From a virus, in the IMG/VR virus record IMGVR_UViG_3300025701_000006, positions 14,328-78,327 of that record: a DNA stretch of 64,000 nucleotides; one strand, written 5' to 3'. Under the pieces are notes generated by a model, which did not search any database, was not told the DNA's origin, and was given only the letters and a program-made list of their open reading frames with translations. Shown here in pieces: positions 56,649 through 64,000 of the stretch. Position 1 is the stretch's first letter. Each line of letters opens with the position of its first letter. Both the position numbers and the translations under genes were made by a program.

Positions 56649-56679
56649 AAAAAGCCCTAGCAAATGTTAGGGCTTTTTT
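56649..56679. terminator. Bidirectional intrinsic terminator
   Basis: AAAAAGCCCTAGC-AAAT-GTTAGGGCTTTTTT between convergent genes. Confidence 0.85.
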
Positions 56680-56696
56680 CTTTCTTGTTTAGAATT

Positions 56697-56981
56697 TTAC
56701 GCTGCAGGGCTTATGACGCCACAAGCAATTTTGTGACCTACTCCGTTAGCTACTTCTTGTACACGCTCAAGGGTTAGCTCTTCATCATAGACACCGTCTA
56801 CAAATACAACGTTAACACTTCGTTCATGTACACACCCAGAGTCTTCGCAAGTAAACCTTACTTGCACATCACGGACATTACTGTCTGTAACCTCAAGAGT
56901 TTCACCCTCGTTCTCCGGATCTGGCATTTCGTTAGTACGACTGCCTGTAAATTCTTCTAATAGTTCAAATGTAATAGACAT
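56697..56981 (-). CDS. Acidic tail-fibre-associated protein
   Basis: 94 aa, AAGGAG RBS, directly after the fibre gene. Confidence 0.6.
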   Translation of the reverse strand: MSITFELLEEFTGSRTNEMPDPENEGETLEVTDSNVRDVQVRFTCEDSGCVHERSVNVVFVDGVYDEELTLERVQEVANGVGHKIACGVISPAA

Positions 56982-56990
56982 AATATCTCC

Positions 56991-59654
56991 TTAGTTTTCT
57001 AGTGCATTAATTCGCAATTCAAGTTGTTCAATTTTTGTTATGGCTTCTTGTAAAGCCGCTGTTAATAGTGGTACTATTTTACTCTGATCAATACCTTGAT
57101 GTACAGGATTACCTTCTTCATCAATTTCATTATACTCCCCTACAACTGCTTCAGGCACTACAGCCGCAACTTCGTGCGCTATAAAACCATCTACGGTTCT
57201 TTCAGGATGCTCAATAAAATTAAAACGTTTAACTGAAAGCTCCTGAACCCTGCCTAGGGCACTAGTCAAAGGTACCACATTCTCTTTAAGTCTGTAATCA
57301 GAAGATGTAGCGTATGTTGTAGTTGAATATGCGCGATAAATTCTTCCATACCTAGTGCCATTAGTGCCGCTTACAAAGTCTACAAACGTAGCCCCAGAAC
57401 CTCCTGTGCTTTCGTGTATAGTAATACAACCGTCTGCTGTAGTCCTTACGTCTAAACGTCCTGCTGTAGTAATAGACATTACATTAGAAGCAGCACCTGA
57501 GGGTCTAAACTGCAAAGCTCCTGATAGGTCATTTTCCTTAGTAGCAATGTCCCACTTAGTTGAAGTACCGTTCTTAAGCCTTAAGTACTTCCAGTAGTTA
57601 GTATTAGCGTCAATATCCATATGGTTGTGGGATGCGGTATCAGAAAGTTCCATTGTACCTGCTGCGGTAGACTTAAAATGGGTACCGTTGTCATAAAACA
57701 GGCCTGTATTATTAGCAAGGTGTATCCAATTTTCTACGTATAAATAACCGTTGGTATTGTATTGCGCAATTCTATTAGCTCCCCCTGTTTTAGAAGGTTG
57801 TTGCCCATGTAGTAAGTCAGCATCTAATCCAGAGCCTGAACCATCATTGCCCGAAGTCCATATTTTGTCCCAACCGTATTCTGTACCAGTTTCCGTTCTA
57901 CGTACATAAAACCCTGAGTTGTTCCAGAAATTATGTGCAAGTTGAAAAGAATACTCACCTGAGTCACCCCAAGAGTTGCCCCTACAAGTAATCCAGTTGT
58001 ACCACTCCGCAGTAGGCGCGTTTGTAGCTGCACTGTAAAAATGAAAGCCTGAAACGTTATTATGAAAAGTACTAGTAGACCTGGATTTGTAGTTTCCGTC
58101 ACCGTAAACAATGCGACTAGCTTGAATACCATCAACTGTATCAGCATCTAAGCCAGAACCTGAACCGTCATTAGCACTATCCCAAAAAGTAGCCCAACCG
58201 CCCCAAGCTGCATCAGAAGTAGCGGTTCTATGCTTAACATTAGTCCCTGTGTAAGCTACTTGTTCTTGCCTATGACTGGCGTCGTAACTAGACCATTTAG
58301 CAATAGTGTTTACTACGTGCCAGCTATCCCCTCCTGCTCCAGTATTAGTGTTTTGCTGAAAATCCCAAGAGGCATAACGGTCAGGGTAATAACTAGGTGC
58401 TCTAGAAGCCCCACGAGTATCTGGAATATACACTTGTGAGTGGTAATGACTATCACTAGCTACGGTAGCTGTAATGCTAGCGTTAGCCGAGCCATCCCAT
58501 GACACTGAGCCTGTAACATCACCTGATAACGTAATAGTCCTAGCTGTCTGCCATTTGGTTGCTGAACTAGCATTACCTGATAACGCCCCTACAAAAGTAG
58601 CTGCCTGAACACTTGCGTTATTAGTGCCACCATCAGAATCAAAGTGGTATCTACCAACTCCGTTTGCATCGTCATACCTAATGTAATCATTATTAGCAAA
58701 CTTTATCTTATTACCGCTACCAATAGTTAGGTTTGGCACTGTGAGTGTGCCAGTCATAGTATCGCCAGTAACATTTACAAAACGACTATCTGACTCTGTT
58801 TCAGTATAGTATCTACCATCATGCGTATGACTGTCGTTAGCAACCGTAGCTGTTAATGTAGCATTCCCTAGATTAGTAAAAGTCGCAGAACCTGTAACAT
58901 CTCCCGTAAGAGTTAATGTAGGATCAGCAGTAGCTGTGGTAGAAATACTAATATTGCTTGAACCATCAAAGTTTGCACTACCTGTTACAGCCCCTGTTAA
59001 AGCTATACTTCTTGTAGTAGTTAGTTTATCTGCGTTAGGATGATAGTTATCATTAAATATACTATACTCCGTAGCCCCATAAACAGCTTTTGGATGATCG
59101 CCAGGCTTTAAACGTAAGGTGCGAACTTGGTCTGCAGTAGTATCAAAATTTTGGTAAAGCTCAGTATATTTAAACGAACTAGACCAGCTAGTACGTACAC
59201 TACCCGTTAATTTATCATCAGAGTTGTAAAAATCAATGCTATTACCACTAATACTAGTGTTAGTATTTTTTAGTTTAATTTTACTACTAAAAGCTGATTC
59301 AATATATAATGGATGTTGAGATACATCACTTACTAATTGCATCTTATGGGAGTTTGAATCTACATTCGTGCCAACCAGTACATTACCACCAAACTCTGCA
59401 AGAGTCACAGTACCATCATCTTCTACTTCAATAGAAGGAATACCTGATACATCATTTACAGAAAATATAGTGCCTGTTAAAGAATCAGATATAGAAAATA
59501 GCTGACCTGCCGAGCCTGAAAATGACAGTGTTCCGTCATCTAGGGTAGTTAATGTTACTGTATTATTATCACCACCAGTAAATTCAATCTTCGGGTCTGC
59601 CGTAGTTGATCCTCTGTTGGGTGTAATTAATATATTTTTATCTGCGTCTGCCAT
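56991..59654 (-). CDS. Tail fibre with C-terminal intramolecular chaperone (peptidase S74)
   Basis: SDYRLKEN..GFIAHEV...PEAV; NDGSGSGLDAD twice; L[TS]G[AD]VTGS repeats; DSH.H motifs. Confidence 0.92.
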   Translation of the reverse strand: MADADKNILITPNRGSTTADPKIEFTGGDNNTVTLTTLDDGTLSFSGSAGQLFSISDSLTGTIFSVNDVSGIPSIEVEDDGTVTLAEFGGNVLVGTNVDSNSHKMQLVSDVSQHPLYIESAFSSKIKLKNTNTSISGNSIDFYNSDDKLTGSVRTSWSSSFKYTELYQNFDTTADQVRTLRLKPGDHPKAVYGATEYSIFNDNYHPNADKLTTTRSIALTGAVTGSANFDGSSNISISTTATADPTLTLTGDVTGSATFTNLGNATLTATVANDSHTHDGRYYTETESDSRFVNVTGDTMTGTLTVPNLTIGSGNKIKFANNDYIRYDDANGVGRYHFDSDGGTNNASVQAATFVGALSGNASSATKWQTARTITLSGDVTGSVSWDGSANASITATVASDSHYHSQVYIPDTRGASRAPSYYPDRYASWDFQQNTNTGAGGDSWHVVNTIAKWSSYDASHRQEQVAYTGTNVKHRTATSDAAWGGWATFWDSANDGSGSGLDADTVDGIQASRIVYGDGNYKSRSTSTFHNNVSGFHFYSAATNAPTAEWYNWITCRGNSWGDSGEYSFQLAHNFWNNSGFYVRRTETGTEYGWDKIWTSGNDGSGSGLDADLLHGQQPSKTGGANRIAQYNTNGYLYVENWIHLANNTGLFYDNGTHFKSTAAGTMELSDTASHNHMDIDANTNYWKYLRLKNGTSTKWDIATKENDLSGALQFRPSGAASNVMSITTAGRLDVRTTADGCITIHESTGGSGATFVDFVSGTNGTRYGRIYRAYSTTTYATSSDYRLKENVVPLTSALGRVQELSVKRFNFIEHPERTVDGFIAHEVAAVVPEAVVGEYNEIDEEGNPVHQGIDQSKIVPLLTAALQEAITKIEQLELRINALEN

Positions 59655-59668
59655 TGTGTTCTCAGTAT

Positions 59669-59848
59669 CTATATAGTTAGTTCATTATACTCTGAAGCAG
59701 TTAATTCATAAATAACTGGTTCACCATTAGGGTCTAATTCGTTGCTGTCAACAGCTAAGTAAAACGTAAGCCCTGTTTTAGGATCTGCAATTAATTCTGT
59801 CTCCACTCCTGGTAAAACTGTTTGATTCGTACTATTCCCTTGAGCCAT
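59669..59848 (-). CDS. 59-aa acidic peptide (absent from ORF track)
   Basis: AGGAG RBS; MAQGNSTNQTVLPGVETELIADPKTGLTFYLAVDSNELDPNGEPVIYELTASEYNELTI. Confidence 0.6.
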   Translation of the reverse strand: MAQGNSTNQTVLPGVETELIADPKTGLTFYLAVDSNELDPNGEPVIYELTASEYNELTI

Positions 59849-60768
59849 TTTATTTTTCTCCTGTTAAAAAAGGTTGATTTAATTTCTGTGTGGCTGGAAG
59901 ACTTACTAGGCTTTGCTTGTACAAGCATTACGTTATCTATTAAGTACCTAGCAGCTTCTCCTCCGGACTCACTTCTATAGTTGTAGTTTCTAAGATTTAA
60001 GAACTTTATGTATTTAGTGCCGTACCTAAAAGGTGTACCAGAATTTCTATTTTCACCTGTAAACGGTGCTGTTGTATAAGTAGTCCATGTTTCCGGATAA
60101 TTAGGCGAACCATGACAATAGTTATACGTTCCACCAGCAGCACCCCTAGATATTGGAGTTCCTACAGGCAAAGTTCCTCCAAAATCCGGCAAAGCCCTAT
60201 CAAGAGTCATCATCCAATCACCATTAGAATGGGAAACAAGACCAGTATACCTAACGTAGTTAAACCTTGTGTATTCATGAGGCTTTCCATAGTCTGGGTG
60301 TGACGCAGGAAAAAACAGTACGTGCCTAAAAATACCATTATTGTTGGTAACATCTGATCCTGTGTACCAACCTGATCCAGATTGTAAGTATATGACCGTA
60401 TCTCCAGGAGCCGCAGCTCTTGACAAATATGTGTTTCCTACGCCTCCACAATTCCTAAGATCGATAAAGTTCTTGTTTTTGTCATAGCAGGCAAAACCTA
60501 AATGACCTGAACCTAGTCTATTATTATAACTTCTTTGGTATGTTTTTACAGATACAGAATGGTAATAGTACTTAGAGGTATCTACAGGTACAAACTCTTC
60601 ACCTAAAAGTCCTGAACCCCTAACATTGTAGTCTACAGCGAAACAACCATCTCCTGATAGCTTGTCAGCAGTATACCAATTATACCCTGTAAAATTTTCA
60701 TCAGTACCAGACTCTCCACACCCATTTCTGTAAAGACCCATTCCTGCTTTTCCGCTATGCGCTGCCAT
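59791..60768 (-). CDS. Beta-rich tail-associated (possibly carbohydrate-binding) protein
   Basis: Aromatic/Gly-rich; FVPVDTSKYY..GFACYDKNKNFI..FRYGTKYIKF. Confidence 0.55.
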   Translation of the reverse strand: MAAHSGKAGMGLYRNGCGESGTDENFTGYNWYTADKLSGDGCFAVDYNVRGSGLLGEEFVPVDTSKYYYHSVSVKTYQRSYNNRLGSGHLGFACYDKNKNFIDLRNCGGVGNTYLSRAAAPGDTVIYLQSGSGWYTGSDVTNNNGIFRHVLFFPASHPDYGKPHEYTRFNYVRYTGLVSHSNGDWMMTLDRALPDFGGTLPVGTPISRGAAGGTYNYCHGSPNYPETWTTYTTAPFTGENRNSGTPFRYGTKYIKFLNLRNYNYRSESGGEAARYLIDNVMLVQAKPSKSSSHTEIKSTFFNRRKIKWLKGIVRIKQFYQEWRQN

Positions 60769-61946
60769 TAGATTCCATACCTCGCTCTGTGTGCTTCAAA
60801 GTTTTGTTTTACTTCTTGGTCTGTAAGTGCTTTGTTATGACAATACAAAACAGGGATATCTCCGTTAAAGTACGACTGCTCTCCTCCTTGAGGGGTGTAT
60901 CCAACGTAGCCATATAAACTTCCATAGTTGACAGTACCTGATCTAGATACACTAAACTCTTGTGTACCATTTATATAACCTGACCATGTGTTAGCTTCTC
61001 CGTTCCACACCATACAAAAATGATACCAAGTATCGCTGCTTAAAACAGTCGTGCCATTTTGAAATAGCCAACCACTAGATGGTAGGATATTAAACCGTAC
61101 TCTGGAATTAGAAATTCGCATAAAATACGGACCGTTCATAGATACTATGTTTTGTGTCTGCGCAATATTGTTAGATCTAACCCAAGCACTCCAAGAAAAA
61201 TTATTATTAATCGGTATACTATTAGAAATATCTAATCTTTGAGTGCCAGCATTAAAGGTAAATTGCCCTTCAGGAGTATATGAAGGACTTGACGCAGTGA
61301 TGGTTGCATTGCCTGTTAAGTCTTTTATAGCTTCTGTGTTAGAACGAGTACCATCCACAAAAGGAGCGTCTACATTTGAATATATTATCTGGAAGTTGTC
61401 CAAGTAAAATTCTACCTCCTGACTATTAGAATTTTGACCAAATCGCCACCAAGTATTTCCGGCAGCAGTAATTGTGACTTTTCCAGACCAACGTTTCCAA
61501 CCGTCAGGAAGCTCTGTTATACTCACATCCGAAAGAGTTCCAGCAGAAGCAGAGCTAGGGTTTTTATAACCATTGGCATAAGTCGATACGCCAGAAGGGT
61601 CGCTACCACCTTTTACGTTTATATACTCAAACGATATCCAATACACATCGCCTACTTGACTTCCTCCGCTACGTGAAACTTGAAAACCATAATCAGCGTA
61701 TGGGTTTGATGTAGTAGGTGTGATTGTGCCTTTTATGACGTCCTTTCTTTTGCCATAACTTACACCAGCTTGGTATGAATAACTTTGAACATGGGCAGAC
61801 ATCCTAGCTAACCCAGAAGAGCAGGTTCTTTGACCTGCTGCTACTAAATTTTCTACGGGCTTACCTTTCCACGACTTTTTATTTGCCATATCAAACATAA
61901 ACGCAAGACTATCTGTTACTATTTTTGCTCCGTGTCCTAGACTCAT
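60768..61946 (-). CDS. LamG / concanavalin-A-like lectin domain virion protein
   Basis: FSWSAWV, WYHFCMVW, YING, FNGDI, NKALTDQEVKQNF; likely start MSLGHG at 61946. Confidence 0.85.
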   Translation of the reverse strand: MSLGHGAKIVTDSLAFMFDMANKKSWKGKPVENLVAAGQRTCSSGLARMSAHVQSYSYQAGVSYGKRKDVIKGTITPTTSNPYADYGFQVSRSGGSQVGDVYWISFEYINVKGGSDPSGVSTYANGYKNPSSASAGTLSDVSITELPDGWKRWSGKVTITAAGNTWWRFGQNSNSQEVEFYLDNFQIIYSNVDAPFVDGTRSNTEAIKDLTGNATITASSPSYTPEGQFTFNAGTQRLDISNSIPINNNFSWSAWVRSNNIAQTQNIVSMNGPYFMRISNSRVRFNILPSSGWLFQNGTTVLSSDTWYHFCMVWNGEANTWSGYINGTQEFSVSRSGTVNYGSLYGYVGYTPQGGEQSYFNGDIPVLYCHNKALTDQEVKQNFEAHRARYGI

Positions 61947-62503
61947 TCTTCTCTCCAAACAACAATGTCGCTTATTATGCAAGTGCCGCCTGAAGTACAA
62001 GCAAAACCTGCTGCAGGTCCCGCTGGATTAGTACCATTTCTCCTCCGCTTCATTCTCCATTCTCTGAAACTACCTGTAGCGTGACTTTGGTGAACAAAGT
62101 TATCGGAGTTGTTATCACAAGTAAACATTTTAACGGCATACTGGCTCAGTTCAAAACAGTTTAAAGGCTTAGAAATGACATCTCCTTGGGAAGGATCCCA
62201 CGGCATTATGTTATGAGTCCCATTACCATAGCCACTATTATTTTCAGCAAAGTCCCAACAAGAAGATCTAAACTCTATTCTAGTTTTCCAAGCGATGTGC
62301 GTCCACACAAACGGTATCTTAGAATCGTCTATTATGATGTTAAACCCAGTAGAACTACAAGAAACATTATTCATTGTACAAGTCCATTGGCCAAACATAT
62401 CAGGTTTAGTCTTGTAGGAATTTAATGAGCAACTTGTTAAGTTTACAGAAGATACTTGGGCGCTCGATACTCTGTAACCAGTTTGTCCGTACCCCAATCC
62501 CAT
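61943..62503 (-). CDS. Cys-rich beta protein in the tail block
   Basis: Likely start MGLGYG, TAATG-coupled. Confidence 0.6.
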   Translation of the reverse strand: MGLGYGQTGYRVSSAQVSSVNLTSCSLNSYKTKPDMFGQWTCTMNNVSCSSTGFNIIIDDSKIPFVWTHIAWKTRIEFRSSCWDFAENNSGYGNGTHNIMPWDPSQGDVISKPLNCFELSQYAVKMFTCDNNSDNFVHQSHATGSFREWRMKRRRNGTNPAGPAAGFACTSGGTCIISDIVVWREE

Positions 62504-62685
62504 TACCAATTCCCCTCTGGGCAAGTGTCAGAAGCATATAATTTTTTACGTTCGATTAAGCAACCACAAGAAGTACATGTATCGTCGTTTTTATTATATA
62601 AAGGGCAGTTGTCACACAACTGCTGCCTTCTTTGCTGTTCTTCTACGGTTGCTTTAATCTCATCTTCTACTATATTAATTTTCAT
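62503..62685 (-). CDS. Small Cys-rich protein
   Basis: CxxC-x8-CxxCGC-x12-CPxGxW. Confidence 0.75.
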   Translation of the reverse strand: MKINIVEDEIKATVEEQQRRQQLCDNCPLYNKNDDTCTSCGCLIERKKLYASDTCPEGNW

Positions 62686-63998
62686 TCTACAAACTCCGTT
62701 ACAAGCTTATCAACATCTTTACGCTCGCCGTACACTACGTAGAAGCAGTTAACAGTTTCGCCATCAGTGCCTATTGTAACAGAACTAGAGGAAAAGTCTT
62801 CTACCCATGTGTGCTGTTTTCCGATAGAAGTAACATCTACAGTAATAGAGTCTTCATGCACTAGTTCTGACCAGTACTCTGGAAGTTCGATAGTGTTGTC
62901 GTCTTTTAGTCTGCCACGTACATATACACCGTTTTCTGGGCCTTCTAAAGATCCGTAACGAAGTTTATGTCCTTCTTTGGTTGGGTGATCGATAGTAAAT
63001 GATTTTTGCGTTGCTGTTAGAAGTCCTGTTACGCTAACACCAGTAAGAGTAGTCTCTAGTTTAGTTGCACCGTTATACCGAAGGTCGACATGACCTCCTA
63101 AAGTTCCATATATAAGCCAATTGTTAGAAACGTCATTGTATAAACCAAAGCCAATATTATGGTCATGCATTAATACAACTCGGCCGTTGATAGAGTATCC
63201 GCCCCAACCATCACGAATAGTATCTGTCTGTACAGTACCAAAATTTCCTGTCACAGCATCACGTCCTACTCTAAACTCCATAGTAGAATTGTCAGTATAG
63301 AAATAAGTACCGTTGTTGTTTTGGTGACGCATTGCCCATGAACCGCCTGCATCTAATAATCCGACATTGTTCGCGTTATCGGCGTATAGACTGCCACGGG
63401 CAGTACTATTGGTATCTAATATCAATCGAACAGTAGATGCGTCGCCACCACGGAATATCAAGTCAGAATCGTTACCGTTATCGACGAAACGAACGTTGTC
63501 GTTAAAATGAAGTTGGCTAACGTAATCAATACTATGATTATTCATATGGACACTTCCGCCCATATTTAAGCGGTATGAGTCAGTACGAGGTTCTGCATTT
63601 ACACCTAGGTTGCTAGACACTCTCATATTCTGATCAGAGTAAGTAGTGCCAGAAGTAATTCTTAATCTAGCTGTAGTAGATTGAGCGCGCATTAGATGCA
63701 AGTCTTCGTTATAGGATCCTATTAAACCTGTGTCAACACGTATTTCTTTATTGATATAGAAGTTACTTCTATCTGTTTCGATGTGACAGTGAGAAGTATT
63801 CATCGGACCTATAGATAAGACCCCATCATTTGTTTTAATTTTAAGGTGGTTAAACCTATCTTGTGTAGCAGAGTTAAGCTCGCCAATAGTTAATACTTTA
63901 TTTGGACCATCATACTCCAGGCCCATGCCCCCATAACCGTATTGGTGGAATTGTATCTGTGGTTTACGTGTATTGGTTCCGTTTGTACCTGACTGTAT
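62682..63998 (-). CDS. Tail fibre, C-terminal part (5' end outside window)
   Basis: Frame is open to the window edge; LRYNGATKLETT.TGV.VTG; C-terminal KSFTIDHP..LRYGSLEGPE.GVYVRG..GERKD. Confidence 0.85.
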   Translation of the reverse strand: MQSGTNGTNTRKPQIQFHQYGYGGMGLEYDGPNKVLTIGELNSATQDRFNHLKIKTNDGVLSIGPMNTSHCHIETDRSNFYINKEIRVDTGLIGSYNEDLHLMRAQSTTARLRITSGTTYSDQNMRVSSNLGVNAEPRTDSYRLNMGGSVHMNNHSIDYVSQLHFNDNVRFVDNGNDSDLIFRGGDASTVRLILDTNSTARGSLYADNANNVGLLDAGGSWAMRHQNNNGTYFYTDNSTMEFRVGRDAVTGNFGTVQTDTIRDGWGGYSINGRVVLMHDHNIGFGLYNDVSNNWLIYGTLGGHVDLRYNGATKLETTLTGVSVTGLLTATQKSFTIDHPTKEGHKLRYGSLEGPENGVYVRGRLKDDNTIELPEYWSELVHEDSITVDVTSIGKQHTWVEDFSSSSVTIGTDGETVNCFYVVYGERKDVDKLVTEFVE

Positions 63999-64000
63999 TT

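Noticed and set aside
12044-62958. Numerous + strand ORFs antisense to virion genes (e.g. 24651-25181, 27165-27782, 38977-39555) and short same-strand alternative-frame ORFs (e.g. 47928-48116, 45145-45447)
   Set aside because: Ser/Leu-rich shadow translations without SD or motifs, lying inside well-supported genes.
56991-63998. Diversity-generating retroelement or invertible tail-fibre switch
   Set aside because: No reverse transcriptase, recombinase or near-identical template/variable repeat pair seen; fibre repeats are ordinary protein-level repeats.
1-64000. N4-type vRNAP hairpin promoters, tRNA genes, integrase, terminase
   Set aside because: None recognised. The hairpins found are followed by T-runs and behave as terminators; early region and terminase probably lie outside the window.

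Overview
64 kb of an AT-rich lytic dsDNA phage genome of the N4-like lineage (Schitoviridae-related, divergent), infecting a Gram-negative host (two-component spanins). + strand 1-11730: replication and nucleotide module (Sak4-like ATPase, SSB, metallophosphoesterase, SF1 helicase, DNA polymerase A split into exonuclease and polymerase genes, RusA-like resolvase, class I RNR nrdA/nrdB, ClpP-like protease, MazG-like hydrolase). - strand 11701-64000: virion module in near-N4 order (split virion RNA polymerase, gp51-54/gp67-like proteins, tail adhesins, gp55, major capsid, scaffold, gp58, portal), lysis genes and a second tail-fibre block, with sigma70-type promoters and intrinsic terminators. 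Most notable: (1) five secreted proteins beside the lysis genes, including a chaperone-usher-like pilin and a one-domain chaperone but no usher; (2) a vRNAP cut into two proteins whose only two cysteines sit at the junction ends; (3) three tandem covarying RNA pseudoknots upstream of the resolvase-nrdAB operon; (4) a GLA[EQT]x[MLI] peptide shared by six unrelated small proteins next to the portal; (5) a glycosyltransferase with a non-AUG start inside the tail genes. All family calls come from motif recognition by eye; no searches were run.
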